Source: an uncultured archaeon (GTDB lineage: Archaea > Asgardarchaeota > Lokiarchaeia > Sigyniarchaeales > SOKP01). From it: a stretch of DNA of 32,403 bases. The notes under the pieces are model-generated. The model was not told where the DNA came from. It ran no database searches and saw only the letters and a program-made list of their open reading frames with translations. Within the stretch, counting starts at the first letter, position 1. Each line of letters opens with the position of its first letter. The stretch covers positions 1-32,403 of the forward strand of contig CAZWEM010000051.1 in assembly GCA_964632315.1 (NCBI GenBank), read 5' to 3'. A program made the translations under genes and the position numbers. Of this stretch, positions 10,019 to 19,184 are shown one piece after another.

Positions 10019-11191
10019 ATGAAATGCTTCATAATAGATACTTTAATTGGAACATTTGCAGTCGATGAAGCAATAAATATTGTCAACTTTATAGATTTTG
10101 AAGAGAATGTTGAAGAGATTATTGAATTTTACGAAAAGATAGAACAAGACATCTTAGTTGATAAATTTAGAGCTTTTATTAATCAACTGTCCGAATCTGG
10201 ATATGATGATTTTATTTTTGACAATGAAAAATTAGCTTCATTATCAACTCAACTTGGAATCCGATCCCAAATTTCTAAGAAAGACCTTGATTTCAAGTAT
10301 TTTAGACTTGATTTAAAAAATCAACTAAATAAGCTCGGGATACATAAGGATAAAAAAAGCATTTTATCTATTTATAAAACTGTTAGTGAAGAATTGATTA
10401 AAAATCAAGTCCAAGCTGCTGGTGGTAAAGAGGAATTAATCATAATCCAAGTCATTGAAACTTTAGATATAGTCAAAAAATCCATCAGCCTATTTTCAAG
10501 TAGATTAAGAGAATGGTATGGTTTACATTTTCCGGAATTGACAGATAAATTGGTTGAAGATAATATAATTCTAGCAAAAATGGTCTCATCATTAGGAAAT
10601 CGTAGTAACTATTCCATTCTAAATATTGAATCTAATTTCGAAATGCCAGAAAAAAGAGTCGAAGTGCTTTATGAGCTTGCAAAAGAGTCAATGGGAGCTA
10701 ATATTGATTTGAGCATTGTAAAAAATTATGCTAACCAAATAATTTCATTAGATGTTTTCAGAGCGGAATTGGAGGAACATCTTGATAAATTAATGATGAA
10801 TGTTGCCCCTAATCTCACTGCTCTAATTGGAAGTTTAATAGGAGCAAAATTAATTTCAAAAGCGGGAAGTTTAAAGAAGTTAGCTTTTATGCCCGCATCT
10901 CGAATTCAATTGTTAGGGGCCGAAAAGGCATTATATAGATTTCTAAAAACGGGTGAAAAGCGCCCAAAGCACGGTTTAATATTCCAATGGAATCAGATTA
11001 GAGGAAGCAGGCAAAATATAAGAGGTAAGATCGCTCGCACAGTTGCAGGCAAGCTTGGAATAGCATCTAAAGTTGATTATTTTGATGGTGAATACATTGG
11101 TGATGATTTAAATAAAGAAATCGAAAGTAAAATAAAAGAAATTGAAATGAAGTATCCTAAATCAAGAAGAAAGACTAAAAAAAATAAGTAA
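10019..11191 (+). CDS. nop5: Box C/D sRNP core protein Nop5 (Nop56/58)
   Basis: RLREWYGLHFPEL, APNLTAL, PASRIQLLGAEKALYR, PKHGLIFQ and Lys-rich tail; directly upstream of fibrillarin. ATG 10019 (alternative TTG 10010). Confidence 0.95.
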   Translation: MKCFIIDTLIGTFAVDEAINIVNFIDFEENVEEIIEFYEKIEQDILVDKFRAFINQLSESGYDDFIFDNEKLASLSTQLGIRSQISKKDLDFKYFRLDLKNQLNKLGIHKDKKSILSIYKTVSEELIKNQVQAAGGKEELIIIQVIETLDIVKKSISLFSSRLREWYGLHFPELTDKLVEDNIILAKMVSSLGNRSNYSILNIESNFEMPEKRVEVLYELAKESMGANIDLSIVKNYANQIISLDVFRAELEEHLDKLMMNVAPNLTALIGSLIGAKLISKAGSLKKLAFMPASRIQLLGAEKALYRFLKTGEKRPKHGLIFQWNQIRGSRQNIRGKIARTVAGKLGIASKVDYFDGEYIGDDLNKEIESKIKEIEMKYPKSRRKTKKNK

Positions 11192-11218
11192 CAGAAAATT
11201 AAAAAAAATTGTGATTTT

Positions 11219-11905
11219 ATGTCAATGGCTATTAGGCCCCATCCAAAATACAAGAACATTTGGATTTCTGGAGCGGGTGACAATTTAAAGCTCTACACTG
11301 AAAATTTGACTCCCGGTATGAAAGTCTATGGTGAGCGATTAATTAATTTTAAGGGAAAAGAATATCGCGAATGGGATCCCTATCGAAGTAAATTAGCAGC
11401 ATTAATATTGGGGAATCCCGATTTTGAAATTCTTGCAAATTTAAACTCGTGCCTTTATTTAGGGGCTTCTTCAGGTACTACGATTTCTCATTTTTCTGAT
11501 TTAATCCCCGATGGTGTGATTTTTGGAGTTGAATTTGCTGAAAGAAGTATTAGACAACTAATCCAAAATACATCAAATAGACAAAATATTGTTCCAATTT
11601 TGGGAGATGCAAATTTTCCCGAAAATTATGCAAATTCTATTTTTAAAGAGGTAGATCTAGTTTATCAAGATGTTGCTCAACCCAATCAAGCTGAAATTGC
11701 GATTAGAAATTGTAATTATTATTTAAAAAAGAATGGATATTTAGTGTTAGCAATAAAATCTCAATCAATAGATAGTGTTAAGAAGTCCGAGATAATTTAT
11801 TCACAAGAAATAAAAGTTCTTGAAGATGGAAGTTTTGACATAACCGAATCAATAAATATTCACAAATATGCTGCGAACCACCTAATGATAATTGCAAAAA
11901 AGTGA
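11219..11905 (+). CDS. flpA: Fibrillarin-like rRNA/tRNA 2'-O-methyltransferase
   Basis: VYGE, YREWDPYRSKLAA, LYLGASSGTTISH, DVAQPNQA. Confidence 0.97.
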   Translation: MSMAIRPHPKYKNIWISGAGDNLKLYTENLTPGMKVYGERLINFKGKEYREWDPYRSKLAALILGNPDFEILANLNSCLYLGASSGTTISHFSDLIPDGVIFGVEFAERSIRQLIQNTSNRQNIVPILGDANFPENYANSIFKEVDLVYQDVAQPNQAEIAIRNCNYYLKKNGYLVLAIKSQSIDSVKKSEIIYSQEIKVLEDGSFDITESINIHKYAANHLMIIAKK

Positions 11906-11907
11906 AA

Positions 11908-12618
11908 TTAAATAAAATCAGTTATTTTTCTTGTTAAAACTTCAGATTCTAAAATCCTCTTTACTGTATTCCAAGATTTTCGGGCAAAATCGGGAGCTTT
12001 TTTATGCTTTCGAATCCATTCTGTCAAGTAATTGATTGTTTTTTCATCAGAAGTATATCCAGAGCCGAAATCTCCAAATTTTCTATGTAATTCAGAAATT
12101 AATCGATCTCTTGTAACTTTTGCTATGATTGATGCGGCTGAGACAATAGGAAATCTCTCATCAGCTTTATGTTTTGAAATCAGTTTAGGAGGAGTGTAAA
12201 TTAATAAATCACGCATAGAGTGCCCAAATCTCTTTTCATTAACGTCAGCTGCATCAATGTATATTACATCAGGTTTAAAAAAATTGATAATTTCAGCCAT
12301 TTTTAATTGTTCTAAACGACTTAAACTGATTTTTAAATCAATTCTTCTATCAATTTCCTCAGGAGTAACTATAAAACACTTGCAAACACATATTTCATTA
12401 ATTTTTTTAAAGAGAGATGTTCTTTTTTTTTGTGATAATTTTTTAGAATCTTTCACCCCTAGCTGAGATAATGATTCCAATTGATCATAATTGGTGCATA
12501 CTCCTGATATAATCATCGGTCCTAAGACTGGACCTCTCCCCGCTTCATCTATTCCACAAATTAGTTTACTCTTTTTTTTTGTTACTACTGATGAGGTCAA
12601 TGAATTCCTCTTCATCAT
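11908..12618 (-). CDS. rnhB: Ribonuclease HII
   Basis: GIDEAGRGPVLGP, DSKKL, YIDA, HKAD, VSAASIIAKVTRD, GSGY. Start uncertain (ATG 12618/12615 or TTG 12600). Confidence 0.95.
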   Translation of the reverse strand: MMKRNSLTSSVVTKKKSKLICGIDEAGRGPVLGPMIISGVCTNYDQLESLSQLGVKDSKKLSQKKRTSLFKKINEICVCKCFIVTPEEIDRRIDLKISLSRLEQLKMAEIINFFKPDVIYIDAADVNEKRFGHSMRDLLIYTPPKLISKHKADERFPIVSAASIIAKVTRDRLISELHRKFGDFGSGYTSDEKTINYLTEWIRKHKKAPDFARKSWNTVKRILESEVLTRKITDFI

Positions 12619-13570
12619 CTAAACGCTCTAAATCTTTTATTTTAACAATTGGAACAATATTTTTTTTAATTGATTCTGAGATCTTTATGTTATTCCCTAC
12701 GATAAATAATGCCTTTTTATCGAATAATCTGGTGAAAGATTTTAAACATTTTAGGTTTTTTGCTGGCATTTTTCCCTGTTCTTCGGATATTCCAGAAAAT
12801 ATTGGATAAAAGTTAGCTTTCTTTTTGGATTGGGAATAGATTGATAGTTTAAATGGAATTGGTCCCTTTTTATACCAATATGATGAGATTCCTATATCTT
12901 CTATTACTTCATAGATATGGGATTCAAATGAACTGAGGTCTAAATCCTCAAAGCTATAAGAGGGCTCTTCACTAAATTTAATTCCCCAATCAAAAGGGTT
13001 CATTTTTCTAAAAATATTAGAATTTTTTAGAATTTCTAGAATTTTTTCAGCAACATTTTCTGAAGGTCTCATAGTGTCGTTTTCATATGCACTTACAGTT
13101 CTTTTTGTTACACCAAGTTTTTCCGATAACTCTTTTCTTGAAATCTGATTTTCTTCTCTAATTGATTTCATTAAATCTCCATCGAGAAAGATTATGCCAC
13201 CACCTCGTCTTGCCAACACATAAGGATACTCGTTTTTTAAAATCATTTTTTCAAGTGTTTTAATGGATATGAAGGGGAGGTCTTCACGAATGTATATAGC
13301 ATTATCTTCCAACTTTTGGTATCTATTTTTAATTCCAATTAATAAGGGTCGTGATTTTAATAGTATCGATAGGGATTTAATATCATTTACTAAATCGGGA
13401 TTTAGATTATCAATATTGGGAAAAACTTTAACACTAAAAATTGTATTATTTTTTTTGGCTAAAAGATCAAAACAAAATTTATTCTTTTTCGATGAAAATT
13501 GATCTAAAACAAAAGTTTCAAAATTTGCCTTTTTGAGTAAAATACAAATGTTTTGAATCATACTTTCCAT
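12566..13570 (-). CDS. Archaeal transcriptional regulator, COG1395-like (nuclease-like N-domain plus XRE HTH)
   Basis: CFDLLAKK..KVFPNID N-domain, ARRGG linker, HTH IREENQISRKELSEKLGVTKRTVSAYEN. Confidence 0.85.
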   Translation of the reverse strand: MESMIQNICILLKKANFETFVLDQFSSKKNKFCFDLLAKKNNTIFSVKVFPNIDNLNPDLVNDIKSLSILLKSRPLLIGIKNRYQKLEDNAIYIREDLPFISIKTLEKMILKNEYPYVLARRGGGIIFLDGDLMKSIREENQISRKELSEKLGVTKRTVSAYENDTMRPSENVAEKILEILKNSNIFRKMNPFDWGIKFSEEPSYSFEDLDLSSFESHIYEVIEDIGISSYWYKKGPIPFKLSIYSQSKKKANFYPIFSGISEEQGKMPAKNLKCLKSFTRLFDKKALFIVGNNIKISESIKKNIVPIVKIKDLERLDDEEEFIDLISSNKKKE

Positions 13571-13658
13571 AATATCGTTATCCCATTACAAAGAAAACAA
13601 ATTGCCTAAAAAAAGTTTTTCTTATATTAATATTATTAAAAAAATTTTTTGAATTTTT

Positions 13659-14222
13659 TTATAATAAATTTAGAAAGTTAGAATCTGTTATAATTCCCAA
13701 AAATTTATCATATTCCTTAACTAAAATTGCAGGGTATTTCACAAGCAAGTTCGAAATATCCTTCACGTTCCATGATTTATCTACTTCAGGAAATGGTAAT
13801 TCTTTAAATTTTATAACATTGGTATGAATTAAGTCTGGATTATCAATGACTAATTTTTGAATCTTTTTTGCTGTAATACTCCCTAAATTTTGTCCCTCTT
13901 CATCTATTATAGGTAGTTGTGAAATACTAAATTCATTCATTTTTTCTATTGCATCCTTAATTTTAGACTTGGAATTAACAGAATAAATTTTTTTTGTCAT
14001 TATATCAGCTGCCGTTTTCTCTGTTCCTTCGATTTCCATTCTATGATGCTGGAGATATTCATATATCTTCTTAAATTTAGAATAGGGAGGATCCATCGTC
14101 CCATTTTCAATCCTCGATATTGTTGATTGTGGAATACCTAATAATCTACCTAGTTCTTTTTGACTAATATTTAATGATTTCCTTATGGTTTTAATGTCTA
14201 CCAATTCAGGTAATAACTTCAT
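13659..14222 (-). CDS. XRE-HTH plus CBS-pair transcriptional regulator (COG3620-like)
   Basis: IRKSLNISQKELGRLLGIPQSTISRIENGTMDP, followed by TAADIMT..ISQLPIID..GSIT and PAILV..GIIT CBS motifs. Confidence 0.9.
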   Translation of the reverse strand: MKLLPELVDIKTIRKSLNISQKELGRLLGIPQSTISRIENGTMDPPYSKFKKIYEYLQHHRMEIEGTEKTAADIMTKKIYSVNSKSKIKDAIEKMNEFSISQLPIIDEEGQNLGSITAKKIQKLVIDNPDLIHTNVIKFKELPFPEVDKSWNVKDISNLLVKYPAILVKEYDKFLGIITDSNFLNLL

Positions 14223-14335
14223 TTTCCCTTTCTAATTATTCGTAAAGTTTATGTAGTATAATTTGTGTGCATAAAAAATGCTGCACATGTATTTTCGTAT
14301 TAACAATTATTAAATAAGTTCATTAATTTAAAAAT

Positions 14336-14358
14336 ATAGTTAAATAACTATTTATAAA
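14336..14358 (+). promoter_or_regulatory. Palindromic operator candidate ATAGTTA-aa-TAACTAT abutting TATA box TTTATAAA of mat
   Basis: Perfect 7-bp inverted repeat at 14336-14351; TTTATAAA at 14351-14358 lies 22-29 nt upstream of ATG 14380. Confidence 0.5.
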
Positions 14359-14379
14359 ATTAAGAACTTGGTTAATATC

Positions 14380-15621
14380 ATGTTAAAAATAACACGCGCA
14401 AACTTCTTGCCAATTGAGAAAAGTGAATTTCCCGAAATAGTAGAAAGGAAAGGGATTGGTCATCCAGATTCAGTTTGTGATGATGTGGCGGATGCTTGTT
14501 CACGAGCATTATGTGCTTACTACCTACAAAATTATGACCGTGTTTATCATCATAACGTTGATAAGGCTGCACTTGTAGGAGGGACTGCTAAACCCGAATT
14601 TGGAGGAGGGATGATAATTCAACCCCAATATTTTCTTATCGTTGGAAGAGCAATAAATCAAATATTGATAGAATGTGGGACTGAAAGCAAGCTAGATTAT
14701 ATTCCAGTGGCAACGATTTGTCTTGATACGCAAAGAACGCAATTAAGTAAAATTTTTAGAAATCTCGATTTAGACAAAGATATCCAGTTTGACTATGCTG
14801 TAAGGCCTGGATCGATAGACTTAACGGGAGTTTTTGACTCTTCGCATCATTCTGAGGAGGTACCTTTAGCAAATGATACTAGTTTTGGTGTAGGGTATGC
14901 ACCTTTTTCTGATGTTGAAAAGGTAACCCTAGAAGCTGAGAAATTGTTGAATTCTCCTAAATTTAAAGATCAGTGCAAAGGTTCGGGTGAAGATATAAAA
15001 GTGATGACAGAGAGGATAGGAAATAACGTTGGAATAACAATAGCGGCAGCTATGGTAAGCCGATATATTAATGATGTTGATGAATACGTAAGTTATACGA
15101 ATCAAATCAAGGATGCTGTATTAGATCTTGCCGCAAAGGTCATTCCTGAAAGAGAAGCCACTTGCCAGGTTAATGTCGGTGATAATGTCGAAAAAGAAAT
15201 TCTATATTTAACTATTACGGGCACATCTGCAGAAGCGGGAGATGATGGAGAGGTAGGGAGGGGAAATCGATCAAACGGGTTAATCACTCCTTGTCGTCCT
15301 ATGAGTTTGGAAGCAGTATGCGGGAAAAATCCAATAAATCATGTTGGTAAGATATATAACGTCTTAGCCACAAATATGGCAAGAGAGATCGTAAATCGGG
15401 GAGGAGGAGATATAATTGAAGCTCATGTTAAATTATTATCACAAATAGGGCGCCCTATAACAGATCCGTGGGTTAATTCAATAGAAATTATCCCTGCTGA
15501 GAACGTTAATTTTAAAAGTATTGAAAAAATAGCTGAAGAAGTTAGCGCTGAAAAACTGTCAAAAGAAAATTTAATTAATTTAAGAATGCGTTTAATTCAA
15601 GGAAAGGAACAAGTTTTTTAG
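14380..15621 (+). CDS. mat: S-adenosylmethionine synthetase, archaeal type
   Basis: [70 protein letters not shown]. Confidence 0.97.
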   Translation: MLKITRANFLPIEKSEFPEIVERKGIGHPDSVCDDVADACSRALCAYYLQNYDRVYHHNVDKAALVGGTAKPEFGGGMIIQPQYFLIVGRAINQILIECGTESKLDYIPVATICLDTQRTQLSKIFRNLDLDKDIQFDYAVRPGSIDLTGVFDSSHHSEEVPLANDTSFGVGYAPFSDVEKVTLEAEKLLNSPKFKDQCKGSGEDIKVMTERIGNNVGITIAAAMVSRYINDVDEYVSYTNQIKDAVLDLAAKVIPEREATCQVNVGDNVEKEILYLTITGTSAEAGDDGEVGRGNRSNGLITPCRPMSLEAVCGKNPINHVGKIYNVLATNMAREIVNRGGGDIIEAHVKLLSQIGRPITDPWVNSIEIIPAENVNFKSIEKIAEEVSAEKLSKENLINLRMRLIQGKEQVF

Positions 15622-15650
15622 AAATTTAAAAGCGTTCACTAAAAAAATAC

Positions 15651-15670
15651 TCTTTTTTATTCTTTTTATA
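15651..15670 (+). terminator. T-tract terminator candidate after mat
   Basis: tcttttttattctttttata about 30 nt after the stop; archaeal termination uses U-tracts. Confidence 0.35.
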
Positions 15671-15711
15671 CTATTAATTATTAGCAAAAACATAAAGATC
15701 AGAATATAGGT

Positions 15712-15990
15712 GTGAAAATTATAAGTCTAGACAAATGGATCAAAACTGAAAAGAAAAAGAAGAAACAAGTTAAGAATAATGAAATTGTTAAAGTCAAAGA
15801 TGATGCTTCGAAGGATAAAAAAGATAAGAAGGAGGAATCAATTGAAATTTCCGATAAGTTTGAGAAATTTGAGCTTATCTGTAAAAATGCAAAGTGTAAA
15901 TATAAAAAAATATTAAAGAAAAAACGAATTTCTGAAAAAGATTTAATTTGTCCACGATGCAAAAACGAGATGAAGGTCAAAAAAATCTAA
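15712..15990 (+). CDS. Small Lys-rich zinc-ribbon protein
   Basis: C-terminal CKNAKC...CPRC; highly charged N-half; GTG start. Confidence 0.65.
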   Translation: MKIISLDKWIKTEKKKKKQVKNNEIVKVKDDASKDKKDKKEESIEISDKFEKFELICKNAKCKYKKILKKKRISEKDLICPRCKNEMKVKKI

Positions 15991-16232
15991 TGCTTTTTTG
16001 GTAGATTCTTTAAGTCAAACTGGGTTTCACAATTCGGGCATCTATCTTTTCTTTTACTAAATAATAATATAAAATATACTATTACCCCGATCCCCGCAGT
16101 AAAAAGTATCATAAAACATAAGATTTCATGATAGATATGATCAAAATTTTTTCGTCTTAATATAACTTCTCGTTCACATGTAGGACAATAAACTACTCTA
16201 TTCCCCGTTAGAATTAACCTTTTTTCGATCAT
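15987..16232 (-). CDS. LITAF-like zinc-ribbon membrane protein (CxxC-hydrophobic-CxxC)
   Basis: YCPTC ... ILCFMILFTAGIGVIVYFILLF ... RCPNC architecture. Confidence 0.7.
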   Translation of the reverse strand: MIEKRLILTGNRVVYCPTCEREVILRRKNFDHIYHEILCFMILFTAGIGVIVYFILLFSKRKDRCPNCETQFDLKNLPKKH

Positions 16233-16298
16233 TTAATTAAATATCTTAAGGTTTTATCATTAAATTATTTTATGAATGTGGTAAATAGAAAGAAATCT

Positions 16299-16445
16299 TC
16301 ATTCTTCTTTTTTCTTCGTTAGTTTAGTCAAGAGATCCCAAGTACTGTTTACTCCAAGCTCTTTAAGTTTTTCTCGCTCCTCTTTTAATTCCTGGTCAGT
16401 TAATTCCTTATCTTCTTCATTAATTTTTTTTCCCTTTATAGACAG
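16299..16445 (-). CDS. Small charged protein (about 48 aa), not in the ORF track; start codon uncertain (CTG)
   Basis: Manual translation (L)SIKGKKINEEDKELTDQELKEEREKLKELGVNSTWDLLTKLTKKKEE*. Purine-rich coding-like composition; fills the gap upstream of the LITAF-like gene on the same strand. Confidence 0.45.
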   Translation of the reverse strand: MSIKGKKINEEDKELTDQELKEEREKLKELGVNSTWDLLTKLTKKKEE

Positions 16446-16578
16446 CTCAATTATGTAAATATATGATCCTAATGTTAATATATAAATCTATTTTTAGAGG
16501 TTCGTATAGGCTTAATATTAAAAGAGTTAAATTATATATCATTTTATATAGAAGAATTATATACTCAGATCATAGAAT

Positions 16579-17541
16579 TTGCCAATTTGTTATCATTGTG
16601 GAGAGAACGTCACTGAAACGCATATTTGTGAGAGATGTGGTAAAACTTATTGTTCACTCCATAAAAATCCGATAGATCATGAATGCAATCTTGTGGTAGA
16701 ATCAGAAAGGTTACAGACAACCTTAACTCCAAATTATGTAACTCAAAGAGCTTTTCAAGTTCCCTCAGGAACTCAATCAGAACTAAGAGGGACAACGGAT
16801 GGAACTTATACTTGGTATCGCCAAGAAAAGCAAATCCCGGATAATGCTTTCGATCCTGATTCAGGAATTCAATTTAAAGGTATACTATTGGCGCATAAAT
16901 CGGAACTTACTCATTTTATGATTGGAGCGGTATTGATTTTTCTTATCGGTATTATTTCATTTTTTGAAGTTGTTTATGCCGGCTATCTTTGGGCGCTTTT
17001 TTTACTCTCTACTTTTTATATGACTGCTTTCTTATTTCATGAATTTGGTCATAGACAAACTGCTATACATTTTGGATTGCAAACTAAATTTCGTTTGCTT
17101 ACATTTGGAATGCTCTTGACTGTCTTTAGCCTTATTATGGGACTTTCAAGTTTAATTACTGGATCCGCTTTATTTCCCATGCTTGCATTGCCAGGTGCTG
17201 TTGTTGTCTTAGGATTAGATAAAATTAGTAGAAAAACCGGTTTATGTAAGGCTGCTGGACCAAGCGTGAATTTAATTTATGGTACTATTATATTATTGAT
17301 CTCGTTCGTAATTCCTCGTCAATATTATCCGTTGAACCATTTTTTTGGTTATGCAGCTTACTTCAATTTTATGCTCGGTTCATTTAATATGATCCCATTA
17401 GGAATATTAGATGGTCAAAATATCTGGAGATGGAATAAGCGAGTTTATATCTCACTGATTGTACCTTTAATTGTCTTGTTAATCCTAACTTTAATAATGA
17501 TTAATGCTCCCGTTGGATTAAATCCTTATTTTCCAATATGA
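16579..17541 (+). CDS. AN1 zinc finger fused to M50 (site-2 protease family) intramembrane metallopeptidase
   Basis: CYHC..CERC..YCSLH..DHEC AN1 pattern; HEFGH, AAGPSVN and NMIPLGILDG M50 motifs; multiple TM segments. Confidence 0.9.
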   Translation: MPICYHCGENVTETHICERCGKTYCSLHKNPIDHECNLVVESERLQTTLTPNYVTQRAFQVPSGTQSELRGTTDGTYTWYRQEKQIPDNAFDPDSGIQFKGILLAHKSELTHFMIGAVLIFLIGIISFFEVVYAGYLWALFLLSTFYMTAFLFHEFGHRQTAIHFGLQTKFRLLTFGMLLTVFSLIMGLSSLITGSALFPMLALPGAVVVLGLDKISRKTGLCKAAGPSVNLIYGTIILLISFVIPRQYYPLNHFFGYAAYFNFMLGSFNMIPLGILDGQNIWRWNKRVYISLIVPLIVLLILTLIMINAPVGLNPYFPI

Positions 17542-17605
17542 TAAAATTTATCATGATCACTAGATTATACTCTATATAATATTAAGATCTATAATTTGAT
17601 ATTTT

Positions 17606-18526
17606 ATGTCATTTTGTGAATTTTGTGGAAATGAAATAGGATATTTACCTTTTAAATGTAAATATTGTGGAGGGACATTCTGTAAAAAACATCGATTACC
17701 AGAAAATCATGAATGTTCTTTTGAATTAAAACATACACCCGTAGTGCCGTTAGCTAGAAGAGAAAGAACATTTAGCTCAACACAAGCAAGGCGGAATCAA
17801 CGAGTAAAACAACCAAGAAGGTTACGAAGGTATTTAAAAAGGCAAGATGAACCAATAAGTTTACGTCCAAGGAGATCTCCTAAATGGAGGACGAATTTCC
17901 CCGCCACAAAAAGCTTATTATTACTAATTATAACAATTTCCATTATTGGTTCTATTTTATATAATTATGGATTGGGTTCTTATATCTTTTTTAGCTTGTA
18001 TGGGCTTTATAACAATTTTGCATTTCATACGATCCTAACCTCACTTTTTATTACTAATTTTGATATATTTAGCTTCGCATTCTTCATTGAAATCTTTTTC
18101 ATGGTAATCATGTTATTCTTTACATACCTTCTTTCTAGATCAATTGAAATTGCTTTAGGATCTTGGTTTTTAATCAAGCTTTATCTAATATCAACTCTCT
18201 TCTCTGTTCTCTTCTACACGCTCCTCAGGTTGACTTTAATTGCTGTTGCACCAATTCAGTCTTTTGCTCTTCTTAAAGGTTTTGCATGGGGAGGGATCTT
18301 AGGTTTAATTTCTTATTCTTTATTTCCAGTGATGAACCAAGAAATAACAGCATTAATGATGATAATCCCAATGCGGATGAAAGGAAGATCCTTCCTAATC
18401 ATAATTATCTTGCTAAGACTTTTTCCCTTACTAATTGATCCATTAGCCTTCTGGTTCTATCTTCCCGATCTTGGGGGGATTCTTGGAGCTTATCTCTTAT
18501 TTAAATATCAGCAGAGAAGAATCTAA
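17606..18526 (+). CDS. AN1 zinc finger fused to rhomboid-fold membrane domain lacking catalytic residues
   Basis: [26 protein letters not shown]; rhomboid-like [26 protein letters not shown] (for GxSG) and DLGGILG (for HLGG). Confidence 0.8.
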   Translation: MSFCEFCGNEIGYLPFKCKYCGGTFCKKHRLPENHECSFELKHTPVVPLARRERTFSSTQARRNQRVKQPRRLRRYLKRQDEPISLRPRRSPKWRTNFPATKSLLLLIITISIIGSILYNYGLGSYIFFSLYGLYNNFAFHTILTSLFITNFDIFSFAFFIEIFFMVIMLFFTYLLSRSIEIALGSWFLIKLYLISTLFSVLFYTLLRLTLIAVAPIQSFALLKGFAWGGILGLISYSLFPVMNQEITALMMIIPMRMKGRSFLIIIILLRLFPLLIDPLAFWFYLPDLGGILGAYLLFKYQQRRI

Positions 18527-18527
18527 A

Positions 18528-19184
18528 TTGCCTGAAGAAAAAACCTTAAAAATAATCGAATTAAATGAAGATTTAATTGCTAACAATGAGAGATTAGCTG
18601 CTCAGAATAATGCTCTATTCAAAAGTTTTAATTTAAAATCCTTCGATATAGTTGGAGCCATCGGGGCGGGTAAAACAGCCATATTGGAAGCAATTACAAA
18701 AAAGTTAGCCAATAAAATGAAAATTTTAGTCATAAATGGCGATGTAGCAACTAGAATAGATGCCGATAGAATTGAAAGATATGGGGCAAAAGCCGTACAA
18801 GTGAATACAGGAAGAGAGTGTGCTTTAAATTCATATCATATATCCCAAGTATTAAAGAATTATGATTTGAACTCTTTTGAAGTGGTCTTTATAGAAAATG
18901 TTGGAAATTTGATATGTCCATCCGACTTTATTTTAGGGGCGGAAAAAAGAATTGTTGTTGTATCCATTACCGAGGGTGAATGGGTAATTCAAAAACATCC
19001 CTTGCTTTTTAAGACATCAGATATCGCTATAATCAATAAAATTGATTTAATAGATGTAATGGAGGTAAATCTTGATGGGATGATTAAAGATGCCAAAAAT
19101 ATTAATCCTAATCTCACAGTTATAACTGCCAGTGCTAAAACAGGTGAAAATATATCAAAACTTATTCAAATTCTAGAGATTTAG
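18528..19184 (+). CDS. hypB: Hydrogenase nickel incorporation GTPase HypB (short form)
   Basis: GAIGAGKT, GDVATRIDA, NTGREC, ENVGNLICP, SITEG, NKID, SAKTG. TTG 18528 immediately follows the upstream stop (track start 18471 overlaps it). Confidence 0.93.
   Translation: MPEEKTLKIIELNEDLIANNERLAAQNNALFKSFNLKSFDIVGAIGAGKTAILEAITKKLANKMKILVINGDVATRIDADRIERYGAKAVQVNTGRECALNSYHISQVLKNYDLNSFEVVFIENVGNLICPSDFILGAEKRIVVVSITEGEWVIQKHPLLFKTSDIAIINKIDLIDVMEVNLDGMIKDAKNINPNLTVITASAKTGENISKLIQILEI

Noticed and set aside
16463-16675. 70-aa plus ORF upstream of the AN1-M50 gene
   Set aside because: Covers AT-rich divergent promoter DNA and overlaps the real gene out of frame.
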